Below are positions 11,672 to 25,700 of a stretch of 64,000 bases of DNA, in pieces. The notes beneath the pieces are model-generated. The model ran no database searches. It saw only the letters and a list, made by a program, of their open reading frames with translations, and was not told where the DNA came from. Source of the DNA: Antedon mediterranea (lineage: Eukaryota; Animalia; Echinodermata); the NCBI RefSeq assembly GCF_964355755.1, contig NC_092674.1:27342001-27406000 (forward strand), written 5' to 3'. How positions within the stretch are numbered: position 1 is the first letter of the stretch; each line of letters opens with the position of its first letter. A program made the position numbers and the translations under genes.

Positions 11672-12131
11672 ACAAGTAAATGTAAAGGTGTTCATATTTG
11701 TCCTCAAGCTTAACTGGAAACTGAGGAAATTCGGATTAGGCCCTCCACGGACCCACGTCAGCCAGCAGTGCAGCGCCTACCAGATCAGCACACAGGGAGA
11801 CAATCCCTTACTCTTTTCGAATAGTGTACCAAGTTCTTTAACATGCACTGTTAAGTACACGGGACCAACGGCTTTACATCCCATCCGAAGGACGAGGCAA
11901 TGAGAGTAAAGCACCTTGCCTAAGGATGCAATTAGTATGGTACAGATAACCTCGAACACATGCCTATCACATGCTAGTCCGATATTACCATTACACCTTC
12001 ACTCTCCAGTATATACAGCACCCGCCGCGATTTCTAGACGGTCTCCCATCCAGAACGCAACCAGGCCCAACGTTGCTTAACTTCGGTGATCTGACGAGAA
12101 CCGGTGTTTCAACGCAGTATGGCCGTATGTC
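11672..12131 (-). mobile_element. Composite 5S rRNA + tRNA-like + Deu-domain SINE
   Basis: On the minus strand the order is: 5S-derived head (12131-12011); tRNA-like segment with GGTGTAATGG and GTTCGAGG boxes (about 12005-11940); CCTTAGGCAAGGTGCTTTAC; Deu-like TCCTTCGGATGGGATGTAAAGCCGTTGGTCCC...GTTAAAGAAC...TTCGAAAAGAGTAAGGG; and an ACCTTTACATTTAC tail. Confidence 0.75.
12011..12131 (-). pseudogene. Full-length diverged 5S rRNA-derived sequence (SINE head or pseudogene)
   Basis: The reverse complement reads ACATACGGCCATACTGCGTTGAAACACCGGTTCTCGTCAGATCACCGAAGTTAAGCAACGTTGGGCCTGGTTGCGTTCTGGATGGGAGACCGTCTAGAAATCGCGGCGGGTGCTGTA. It is colinear with metazoan 5S rRNA, keeps the A and C boxes, and has no oligo-T terminator. 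Confidence 0.88.
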
Positions 12132-13796
12132 ATTTATTAAAATTAAAAAAAAAATTATTTTATGCGTCATGTTATTTTATTAATGTGAACAAGAATCTTT
12201 GTTTTCTGTTTTTGACAGCAAAAAATGTAATTCTTCATCTGAAATATTAATTAGAATTAGTTCAACTCAAAACCAACAATTGTTGAATTGTTGGTGAATA
12301 CTGTGAAGGTGAATACTGTAAAGTTTATTTTCATACTTTAATTTGTTAATTAACTATTGTATAATTCATTTCCTTTTCTTTTTCTTTAAACTTATGAACG
12401 CACCGTCATAAAACGTGTGCCGCTGTTCTAAAAGCGTCTGTTCAAATAAAGTTATTATATTACTGTACCATGTGAATAATATGCACGAGATCATTGTATA
12501 GATGTTTATAACCGTATAATTTAGCACAATGCCATGGATAACTACAGTAGGAACAAATCAAATGATTCTACTGCAGTTACGCATTTGTTTACTCTTTAAA
12601 ACCTGCTTATGCAATTATTTAGCAAGCTTTTTCTTTTTTTGGTAAAGGCATAGAGATATAATAGTGAATAGATATATATATATATATAAATCCAAAGGCA
12701 AATTACTGAAAAAAATGACAATGCTGTGGGTATAAGTGGCTGGATCTCAATGGAGATACAAAAATAAATTGTAAACTATTTTATAATAAATATTTATTAA
12801 CAAACTAGTGTACATTCACTTTTACAGACAATTATTTACTAACATGTTCACAAAACTAAATTAGTTCACAAAAAAGGCCTAACACAGCAACACCAAAAAT
12901 CAACGAATCGTTACTCAGCACGGCCTATTTTTACCATTGCCGCGTACTACTCTACGCCCGGTAAATTAAGTATTGGTTTTATGATATAAATTAGTATAAA
13001 ATACATGTTATTAATAAGATACAATGTTAAATTTCATTAACATTTATTTGTTTTACCAGAAACAAGTTAAATATAGGAATATTATTAAACTACAGTATCC
13101 TTCATGAAAACGTGTAAACACCAACACGCCCGGTCACGCTATCGTAGCGGCCGGTTGATGAAGCGAACTGTTTATACGGCAGTTTTTACTAAATAAATTG
13201 CATGAAACGAACAATTAAATATCCAAACAGCATTTAACATAATGTTGGCATGTACAGTAGTTGATAACATTTTTTATCATGAAAATACTACCGGTGGTCC
13301 AGCCTTTGATTAGTGTAACCTTCACAATAAGTTGTATACATCCCAGATACATCCTCACTTATGGCGGCGCCCTACCACATGGACAATATTACTGTTACAG
13401 GGAAAATCGCGGATTACTCATTCTTGTGATATATATTCTTTGTAAAATTTAAGGGCAGAACATATATTTAGATCTCACGGTTCATAGTCAAACATAACAT
13501 AGTGTAATATCTGGATACAAAAGATGGGAAAATTCTATTCATACAATCCATTTGTTTATTGATTTCCACAAATAATATATTATAACATACATTTTCTAAA
13601 TAAATAATTAAATATTTCTAAATGTGGATGTCAAAATAAGTCTAGAAATAGATTTTAATCACAAACAATCATAAACAAAATTATAAAATAATTACAATGA
13701 GATTAATGTACAATAATTATTAAATAAATAAATAGAAAAAAATGTAATATTTTTTTTTTCAGTTAACTTGCACTACTGGTAAGTTTACTACTTAAC

Positions 13797-16700
13797 ATGT
13801 CAGCCACAAGCCAAAATGAGGAAACTCCATTATTGAGTCCACAAACTCCCGCTCGTCTTCACGCCACTACCCAACCAACCAACTCAGATATTCACAATGA
13901 AAAGGAACACAACGTAATTTTGACAAGTTCGGAAAAAACTGAGGGATTATACCAACAGCATGAAAACGGTTTAAATGATGGAGTGATAGCAAATGAGCAT
14001 TTAAATGGAGGAAGGTTTGTTACCAATATTTATGTATTTGGTAAAATTGTTTAAAACCGTCACGGCGTCTTTATTTGTATGACAGTTTTTTTTTTAATAC
14101 TATAAATCCTTATGGTACCTTTACATTTTTTATTATATAAGAATAAAATATTATTACCAGTATTTTATAAACATACTGGTACAAATAATATCATACTTTA
14201 AATTAACAAAAACTTTAAATAAAAAAATAACTTTATCGCTACTCCATGCCAACAATTTTCTTTATAGCATTACTGCAGATAAGCGAACTAAACGTTCATT
14301 AAGCCAGTTAACTTTTATGGAGGAACAACTCGACGATGGAACAGACGTGGAATCAGGACACAAAATGCCATTTCATATTAGTTTTTCAGACAAAACAAAG
14401 TAAGACATTAGTGAAAACATTTTCCTCTGGTTTCGAAACTGTCTTGAAACTTAACAAAAAAATAAATAAAACATTACTGGTTCAACATCAATAAATTGCA
14501 TCAACAAAGTAAGGCATTGGTAATAACGTAACTTATTCCTCTCACTACAACCAAATTCTTTGCTGCCAACTAAAATGGATTATAAAAGTCAGATGAGGTT
14601 GTCCAGTTTTGGTGGGCTAGTTCAAAGGCTTCTAGTTTTAGTGGGCTAGCCCAAAGGTGTCCAGTTTTTGATGGGGTTTTGCCCAAACCTATCCAGTCTT
14701 GGTGGGCTAGCATTGTGTCCAGTTTTGGGGGAGTAATAAGGCCGTGTCTCCAAAATTACCATTTAGTAAAGAAAAAACTGTTTTAAAAGCCTAATCCCAC
14801 TCTGGAGCCAATCCACTAAATTCCTTTGATATAGTCTACACCAAATATTCTGCTTACAACCAATAAATTTTAGAGTAAATAAAAAAAAATTCTAAATAAA
14901 TGTAAAAAAAAAAAATTCTTCATACAAGTTTTTGCTGATAGGCCTATGCAGGGAGTTCTAATAACAACTCCCTGGCCTATGTAAGGTTTATAGTAGAAAA
15001 AGAATCTTTAAAATGTTATTCTTTGACTGATATTTTTATAAACATCTCATTATTGTTATTAAAGACGGAAATGGAAACATTTCAAAATGGGCTATGTAAA
15101 ATATGATGGAAGGTAATTTAATTGATTTCTTACAAAGGTTCCAAATTTGGGTTTTAATTAACAAATGTTACTTGTCAAATAATGTTTTATGTCATCATCT
15201 TTACCTTCATTTCTGTTCTATAAAATCTTATTGTTATGGCCAGGGAAATTTGGGTTTTTCATTTGATTAAACTTTGATGATTTTTAAATGACATGGTAGG
15301 ATGCATTATGTGGGTTTTCATCATTCGTTTTGTCATTAATAATCATTTCATTATCATTCATTTACTGTCTGGTGTTGAGTACAACCATATTTTGTTTACA
15401 GATTTTAAATATTATACATATTAATAAACACGGAATTATTTGATGTGCCTTTTGATATAGGCAGAGATCTATAATATTAATAATTTTGCCTTATGTTACA
15501 CAGACTATATGTCACAATGCTGGGTCCCTTCATGTATGCCAAATTATTCTTTTTAATTGCCTATAATTAGCGCTATGCTTAAAGACCCCTTCCCTGCAAT
15601 TTTGGACGTTTTTTGGAAAATAATACATATATATCACTTTAAAAACATTAAACCATGTCATTCCTTGTCTTAAATGTAAGTTTTATGGTAAATTATGATA
15701 AAAAGTGAGAAACAATGCACTACCTAAGTAGCTCGCGGCGATCGACCTCTCGTGGACGGTCTTAGGCCTAGCCTAGCTAGGCTTAGTTTTGTACATCGAA
15801 CATCGTACGCTAGCTATATACCTAGCCTGACGTTGTATAGTTGCTGCATTAATTGTCTTTCTATTTTTGCCAGACTCCGTTGATACAAATTGGGGAAAAC
15901 CCGGTATTTTCGCTGAAAAGTTAGGAGTCTTCCATTTGTTTTGGCTTCACGATCGATCGAAAAGTGGAAGAATTACAGGTGAAAAACAAAAATATCAATC
16001 CGCGCGCAATGCATTTTGGGATTTATAGTGGGCCTCTATAATTATTAGAATCGATTTATTTTTCACATTTTTAACCGTTTAAAGACGAAAAAAGTTATCG
16101 CAATAGGACCATATAGTATTATTTTTACATTAAATATAGTTTGTGATCTTAAAATAGATCTAAAAAACGTAGGGAATGGGGCTTTAAGCCTTAAAGCGCT
16201 TTGTAAAATAAAAACTATGAGTCTGTTGTTTTTGGTTATTTTTTCTCTTTTTTGTGTTTTGATTTGAATCATTTTTTTTATGTAAGCAAATAAAAAATTA
16301 AAAGAACCATGTTTTAAATAGTAGTCGTGCTTCAACAACTACTGAAGATGCCACCAATCTGTCAATTGTCAAACTTATCCTACTTTCCCAACTCCTAATT
16401 ATCTACCAAAATTTTCTACACCCTCCTTATCACTTTCTCCATTCTCCTCCAAAAACTGCCCTTCCGTGCACCCTTCCTCCCCCCCCCAACAATATACAAT
16501 CGAGTAAATAGTAATAATATGTATTTCTTTTGCAAATAGACATTTAATCCGGCAAGCTAAAATATTTATCCTTTTTTCATTGATGTTGACAATGGCTGTA
16601 AGTTATTTTTTTAAATTTCTCCTAAATAGCATTTATTCAATCTTGTTTCTCACAAGTAACAGCACAAGCATTAACAAAGAATTAGTTAACAAACACTACA

Positions 16701-19700
16701 TCATTACAATCTGCAAAAGCAGACTAGACAATTGTATGACACAAATGAAATAGAAAATGAATAAAATAAAGTAAACTACTACTTGCAATGGTCATTCTTT
16801 TTGAATTATGAATAATATAAATAATACAAAATAAGTATCTTTTGTTAAATTTATAAATTTAAAAAAAAATGGAAACTTACATTGAAGCAGACTTGATATA
16901 TAAATCCAATAAAATCCAATAGGAGATTAAGCTGGCTTGCATGCCATTGAAGCTTGTACCTTTTGTATTAGCAGCATTGGTGAATGAACAAGCATGCCTC
17001 TTACTAAACCACTTGCTAAATTATCTTTTTAGTTGTGTGCTTAAGAAGTATATCCTTCCACAAAATGTATTTCACTGGCCTTATTATCCTTACAAATTAT
17101 ACTGGAAATATCTGAGGCAGTTAAACAGGTCCTCATCCCCTCATGTTCAGAAAGAAAATAATTTTCCACTACAGCAGACTGCTGTGTTTCTTCATATTAT
17201 GCAAATTAGTTAGCCAGCTGACCAGGTGTACTATATATTGAATATTCATTAGTTTAGCATTGACCAGTACCAAATACAGAATAAAAATTAACATTTTTAA
17301 AATAAAACATGGAAAATAATAATAAGGAATATTTATTGTGTCCTATGTGGGTTTGCATATTGCAAACTTAAGGATTTTCTAATGAAGTGCACTATTATGC
17401 AAATAAACATGATACAATGTATAACCCATAACAACACCTATACACGCCGTAAAATAACAGATCTTCCAATAAATAATAATAATAATAATGCACAATTGTA
17501 TAGTAATCCAATGCAATCTAAGTGGTATTGGTTACTCTCATTTAAAACCAAGATACACCATCATGATGAGAGCCTAGACTTATACAAAATATTATAATAT
17601 ATATAAATAATTGTGACTATTTTACATTTTGATAATTTACTTTTATTTGTTTTAGGTGATTTTTAGTATATCAGAAGAATTTGTACCAGTTGGGGAACTT
17701 GTTTCAGTTTCAAGTATACAATCAACATGTATCCTTTGAATTACTTTAAAAATATGCATAATTATTTCAGAATGACACTTTTGCTCCATATGTAATTTTA
17801 TTTACAGAGACATTTTTTATATTACAGTCATAAGTTTTAACTTGTTACATAATTTGATGTTTTAACATATTATATATTTTTTAGTTATTTAGTTGTTCTC
17901 TTCAAGTCATCTGTACTGCTCTAGTGCAGCTGTTAGAGCTACAAAATAGCTGGTTTACAAAGTAAACAGATACAGGTGGCTAGTGGTGAAATATGCTAAT
18001 TTCAGCACTTTTTCAAAGTTGTATGTAAATTATTTGTACTTAACTGTTTATCTTAAGATGTTAACCTGGTAGAAAGCACAGCTGATGAAAATCCCATAAT
18101 ACAGTTGTTGATTGAGGGTGGTTTTACAGAGGCACCCGATACCACACAGTCACCGTATAATGTGACTGTGACTCTAGTACAATTTGATACACTTACAAAA
18201 TCTCAAGTTCCATGTGATGATTGCGAATACATAACCTTGGCGCTCGACTACAACAAATCAGGTGTTGACATATCTATATTGGAACCATTTTATTATAAAT
18301 ATCATATACCCACATATGAGTAAGTTGTCAAACATCATTTTTATTTTATGATAAAATATGTCCAGCTTGGTTTCCATGAAGTGTATTATGAAAATGTGCA
18401 GAGAGACTTTTGTACTCAATGGAAAATTTAAGACACATTCTGATGTACATGATGATGTCAATGAAAAAATACTCTATACTGTACACAAAGTTTTATTTTC
18501 TGTAATTTAAAGCTCTGTATACGCTATCAAACTAGTTTGACAAAAAAAGTGTGATGTGCCCAAATATGGTAGTGATATGCCCAAATATGGTAGTGATATG
18601 ACATGCCTGGGCACATTACATTTTTTGTCACAAAGTTTGACCGTGTAAACAGAGCTTTTGGAGAGTGCAAAATTTCCATTGAAATTGCTACATCTCATTA
18701 ACAACGCTAAATCATTGATATAATCAATGACTGTATGGGTTTATATCACCTAATGTGTTGTGGTAATTTTTAATTTTTTAGTCTAGATGATAATATTGTG
18801 TATCAGTTTTTGGTGGAGTCTACAACTCCTTTCCACTCTGCGTTTACTGTTATCCATTCTGGATTACCAGCATCGGCCGATGATGAAGTGATATATGCTG
18901 CTTTGATATTAATCGGTGTCTATATTCTCATTGGATTTGAGGTTCGTAACAATTAGAAAAAAACATTACTGGAGTTTCAAAATCAAGGAAACAGAGAAAT
19001 CATTCATCCTATTTAGAAATAATACAACCATAGAGATATTGTACACAACATATGGTAGTGATATGTTTAAATATGGTAGTGATACCACATCATCATGCCC
19101 ATATATGGGCACATTACACTTGGTTGTTACACAAAGTTTAATAGTGCAGCAAGGTATAAAATTAACGTTTATAAAATTGATATTTAGGTAAAGTAAAATA
19201 TTACTTTTTTTTTGATTGCCTGAAAGAGATAAAAAGAGTTATAAAATAAAGAATTCTGTGGTAAATTATACGTACATTGTTAAGGATTGAAAAACGTGTA
19301 AAGAGTGTATAACATAGAGGAAATTTTTTTTTTCTTTCCTTATAGTTATACTGTACTATTATATATAAAATGCAATGGTAGGAGTGAGATATCAGATGTA
19401 CTGAAAGTTATTTAATGTCAATTATATTGTATTGTATCATTACATTACTCATGTGCAATACATTGTAAACGAACATTTTATTGATGAAGAAATAAAAGTG
19501 GGTCGATCCTACATAAGAGAAAAAAAAAAGTTTAATAGTGTAGACAGCGTTTAAGGATACAAGCAACATGGTAGAGATGGGTCTTTAAAACCAATGCCTC
19601 TCTCTTACATGTTAGCTAGTTAGTCCCATTTCCTTACAATTCACTCTCTATGATGTTATATTTAAACATTTTATTTTCTTTACCAGCTTGTTAATCGCAC

Positions 19701-22700
19701 AATTGCGGCGTTTTTAGGATCAATGGCCGTACTTACTGTTCTTGCTACATTCAACGAGCGTCCAACGCTGGATAAGGTCATGGAATGGGTAGATTACGAG
19801 ACACTGGCTTTACTCTGGGGAATGGTTAGTACTAAAATGGTTTACTTGTACCTGAGTATCAAAGCCCCTTTAGTGCTTTCTACTTTATTTTAAAGCACAC
19901 ATACATAAAAATAATTTTTTTTTAAAGAAAATATAATATTTTAAATCAATAAATTTTATTTATTATTTATTAATGTTCCATCATCATCATTAGTATTTTT
20001 CCTTTTTTTAGATGACGATTGTTGCTATATTTTCGGACACGGGCTTCTTTGAATATTGTGCCTTGATGTCATACAAACTTGCTAAAGGCCATGTATGGAC
20101 ACTCATCACTATACTCTGTCTCTTTACTGCCATCGTGTCAGCTTTTCTTGACAATGTTACAACTATTCTACTGGTAACGCCAGTCACAATAAGGTACATT
20201 TTGATATCAAGTACATCCCCTCCTAAAAACCACTTTAGTGAGACAGTTTTTAGTGAAACAAACACAGAGTAATAATAATATATAATTATATGTTAAAATA
20301 AACCTTGGAATTCCCTGTCCAACTGTCTTTCTATAAACCAATTTAAATCGCTAAATCGGAGTGGCACATAAGTTTTTACTTTGCCTCTCTATCTTGGGAT
20401 AGAAGTAAAGCAAAGTAAGTAGTTACAGCCTACCCTATTCAGGGGGACACATCCCTATCAGCCATGGTGTTCAGGGGGACACATCCCTATCAGCCATGGA
20501 ACTTAGGCAGAGTTGTACAGAACTATAAATACTACAGTTACTACTGATGGAATAATGCCAAGTGTATTGGTTGATGTGTGTATGTCAAATATAGGTAAGA
20601 AATTAGCATTAAAAATGATGATGGTTGTAAGTAATGATATAGAATGAATTTGTTACATAAAAAATAGTTGGAATAAATACAATATTTTAATATCTTTTTA
20701 GCTTTAACTTTACAAGAAAAAACTTTTAACCTCGTACTAAATTAAAATTTTTCTTTTATTATTCTCAGACTTTGTGAAGTTTTAAATATTGATCCCAAGC
20801 ATGTTCTGATTGCGGAGGTTTTGTTTTCAAACATTGGTGGAACGGCAACCGCCGTTGGTGACCCTCCAAACGTCATTATTGTGTCAAACGCAGAAATGAA
20901 AGAGGCTGTAAGTCACAGTAGTTATCAATAGGCACATCATTTATTTATTCATAGGCCTATAAACGTTACACCCCCGCATTGAAACACCCCCGCATTGAAA
21001 CACCCTTAAGGGTCTTTCACACATTTCAAACATTGACGTTCGATTCGCAGGACCGGAACCGTGCCGGAACAGGTGTAAAAGACCCTTATTCAGTAGACAC
21101 TTTACTGTGAAACAAACAAGGGGAAATACATGTTTTAACACTGCAACCCCTATTTAAGGGAACATTCCTATTAAGGGCACTGTGTTGGGTTCCAAAGGTG
21201 TCCCCTTAAAGGAGTAACTGTACTTACGTTGAGTTCTCAAATATTTGTAATTAATGTACAGCCCTTATATTTTACTTGTAGCTCACAGTTGAACTTTCTG
21301 TTGTGGTCAAATAAATAAAAAAGCCTTTAATAAAAACTTATCTGTCAAGAAATGCAGAAAAGTTGCTTATTAGTATCCATATTCTTGTTTTTATTATATA
21401 ATAAATTTATGATAAACTTGATAACTATAGTATTTGCACTTGTCAATTCTTTTCAGTTAAAAATAATTTGGGATAATTTTTTTTTTCAGGGAATAAACTT
21501 CAGTAATTTCACACTTCATATGAGCATAGGCGTGACGTTCTGCCTGGTCACTGGCTACATCCTTATCTGGTTTTTCTATCGAAAAAAAGACATGACGTTT
21601 AAAGACCCCCCTGAAATTGTTGGTAAGTAAATTAATTTTAGACTTTTTGTGGTAGTTTAACAAATATATATCTTTGTGTTAATTCTATTCTTATCCTATC
21701 TGACAGAACTGAAACACGAAATTTGGATTTGGCGACAAACGGCTGCTAGCATTAATGTGATGTCACGTGAGGAAAGCACAGTCAAGGCATTGCTGATGCA
21801 AAAAGTATATAATATGGAAAATAAATTGCAAAATTTATTATATGATCGAAGGTATGTGTTTCTGTGTACATATATGCTTCAGCGTATTAAGGATACATCA
21901 CATGGGTAGGCATGCAGTATATCTAACCTGTACGTATGAATGGATACAGACATCTGCTATTCTGAGAGGGTGCACGCTGTGGGCCTTAAAATTGTAAAAC
22001 GAAATGCTGTATTTAATATAATATATAATAATAACCTAAGCCTAGGATCCGCCTATGGTGAGCATGCGTCCATAGGTCTATACAGTTTATAGTCCTCATG
22101 GAAGACTTGTTTTACCTGGAATTGGTTTTCTATTAATTCCAGTGCTTTATTTTACTAGAACTGCCCAATCAGATGGACCAGACGAAAATTGGGAAGTTGT
22201 TTTAGAAGAACTTGAAAAAAAGGTATAATAATATCCTGGATTTATAAAGCACCTAAAATCTATAAGTTCTGTACATATTATTACCCCAGTCATTTTGGAT
22301 CAAACACGTATGTAAACATACTCCCATAATGCAGTTATTAATCAGCTCAAAGATGTATCTTGACCTTACCAGGTTCCCATTTGTACACCAGGGTGGAGAG
22401 AGGCAAACGTATACTATAGTTCATTTCTGTATTCACTTATTGTACCTGTATGTATTGTGCTATTAAATTTTATTTATTTAAATTAAATTTTATTACCCAA
22501 TTTATTTTTTTTACTTTTCAGTACAAAATAACAGACCCAGTTCTACTAATCAAATCATCATGTGTCTTATTTGTAGCAATAGTATTTTTCTTCATTCATT
22601 CTATCGAAGGAATTAATATCTATCTTGATTTGGGTAAGAAATTACAAGTTTGTCTACAAAACATTTGCTTACAAAATTATAGTATTCAATAGAACCCCTA

Positions 22701-25700
22701 TTAAGAAGACACCTTTGAGGCATCCTATGTACAGAGGTTGTTTAACTAAAACATTGTCTTCTTAATAGGGATGTTTGTCCCCTGAATAGAGGTTTCCAAA
22801 AGAATGAGTTCTAATTTTATAACATTTACTTGCTGCAATATTCTGAAAATGTTCATTTTTACATTTCTGTTGAAATAGTTCATGACCAACATTTTGTTTA
22901 TATTTAAAAAGGGTGGATTGCTGTTCTTTCTGCACTAGTATTACTTGTACTGTCGGACATACGTGAATTTGAACACATTGTTCATAGGATTGAATGGGCA
23001 ACACTTTTATTTTTTGCTGGTCTTTTCATTTTAATGGAGGTAAGTAGTTCACATATTCCATTTTTCATCATAAATTTGATAAAAGACAGTTATTTTCAAT
23101 TTTAAAATCAAAAAGAGTATGTTATAATACAGTAATAATTTTATTATTTTAAGGGACTTACGGAACTTGGATTGATAGATTTTATTGGTGAAGAAGTGGC
23201 ATATGTAATAAAGGTATTATTATGCTTGTTTCATCAAAGTGTTTCAAGAAACCGTTAACTGTTGGTTTATCTTCTATTTAATGGCTCTTGAGAGATGCTA
23301 TTTGGAAAATATTGCCCTCAATGGAGCCATGTATAAAACAATGTCGATCTACAATGGTCAAATTTTGAAAGCATGACAATTCCTGAGTTGCGGTATTCCA
23401 ACAGTGCTCTCTAAGAAGACATGCGCTTCATAAAATGCTGGAGGAGGGGCGGCCATTAATTCTTGAAAGCATTGATCAGGGGTGTATATTCTGGATTTTT
23501 CAAAAAGGAAAGCGCTAAAATGTAATATTAATAATAAAAAAAACTATCAAAAAGTAGGTAATAATTTTTTAAAATAAATCCGCCACTATATTAGCTTCTG
23601 TGAGGTGCACTGCCAGAAGATTACAGTAGTTCAGATATACCAAATACATTTCATATTGTATTATAATTACCTAATTGTTTCATTATCGTTTTTTTCATAC
23701 AGATATCATCAGATGATGACACTGTTCAATTGACGGTCGCAATTTTACTCCTACTTTGGGTGTCCGCACTTGCATCATCTTTCATCGATAACATTCCGTA
23801 CACGACCGCAATGGTAAGCTAGTGTAAATCCATCTCATAAACAACTTTAATTTACAGGTGTGCTTAATTGCAGTGAATGCGAAATACCCAAACAAAATTG
23901 ATTGCATTTACACTCGAACAATTTTCTATTAATGGTGTGTCCTCACTGTTCAACAGGCATGTACAGTAATTTGATTAACTCCATCAGTATCATATGATTT
24001 CCAGTTTTTTAAATAAATATTAAGCTCTGTCTACACTATCAAACTAGTTTGACAAAACAAGTGTGATGTGCCCAAAAATGGTAGTGATATGCCCAAATAT
24101 GGTAGTGATATGCCATCATCATGTCCGTATATTATATGGGCACATCACATTTTTGATGTCGCATAAAGTTTGATAGTTTAGACAGAGCCTTAAAATGATG
24201 GAAAAGTTTCTATTGTCTCCAGAGTTCAGGCAAATTCAATATTGATCATACATTCCAATAATTATCGATCATTCTCCTATTTTGAAGATTTTTTAAAATA
24301 AGCACCTTCTTATTAATTTACTCGTAACATTCCTATTTTTTTTAACTTAAATGTTGTAAATAGAGAGGCATTTAAAATTAAAATTAAATTAAACTATATC
24401 AATCAATGCATCACAAATTATCCACTGTATACCCACACATTTTTACTTTAGGCTGACCTAAAAAATATTCAATTTTGAAATATAAAAAATGAAAAACAAC
24501 CAAAGAATTAGAATTTAATAAGCAAAGAGCATTATTCAAAAAAGAAATGTTAATTAAAATAAAATTGAAGTAAACCTATGGTGTTCTAGTTGTTATGTGG
24601 CTGTGGCCAAGTAACCCATATATTGATCTCAGAATCTTGATTAATCCTCTCAAATAATGTCAATAAACTAAAATATTCTCTCACAAATAAAACAAAATTT
24701 CAAATGAAATTGTTCGAACCATACACTAATGAAATTGTGTATCATATAAAATGTGTTTCCCAGTGTGTTCTAGTTTTTGGTTATTTCAAATTTAGCAGTG
24801 ACCAAGTAACCCACATTTTGTTGTTTTCAAAATAATTAATTCTCTTTATCAGCCTGCCTGTTTATCTCTTCATCTTTTGCCTACCTGTATTTTCAAATAT
24901 CACTCAGACATTGCAATTAATTTTCTTGTACTGTAGTATTGTTATTTTGATCATTGATTTTGACATTGTTTATAGTTATGGTAAATATTGAATTATTAAT
25001 ATAATTAGGAATATGAAGGTAACCACTTAGATATTATAAGGTTATTATTTTAGCATTGTTTCTAATTTAATAGTTTTAGAAAATATCAATTTCTGCTGAA
25101 TTAATATGCGTAAATATTTACTGTTTGTAGTGATACAAAAGTAGGTTAATTTGAATTAATAACAAAGTACATCACACTATTAAATACTAACCAAAATAAA
25201 ATAGTAAATTAATATGCTTACAATAATACTTATTTTACAGTTGTACAAATTATGTTCTATCATATATTAATAATAAAGTACAGAACACTATTATTAAATA
25301 ATAACAAAAATAATAATAGTTAGTGTATTATTACTATAATAATAATATTGTCGGCATTTAATGCTTTACACAATTAAATGTAAAAGTATACGTGACACGC
25401 CATAGATTGGTGAACCAGTTTAGTGACGATGATGTTGCTAGGCGATTCAAGATTGTTTTCAGGCATAGACATTAGAGAGGTTTCGCAATCTTACGAATAC
25501 GATAACGAAAACGGATACGTCACGCACACGTATTCGTTTTTGTAAGCCAGTAAAAATCTGTTTCGCATGGCAACGAAATATTGAGGGCGCCGTCCAAAAT
25601 ATGACTGCGGTAAATTTGAGCGAAGCGCAAGAGGTACGTGTTGCTTGGTGCTTGGCTGCCTAGGCCTAGCGTAACATCAAAGCGAGTGAGGACTTTAAAA

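Noticed and set aside
12011-12131. Functional 5S rRNA gene
   Set aside because: It is single-copy here, has a diverged 3' part, lacks an oligo-T terminator and is fused to a SINE body.
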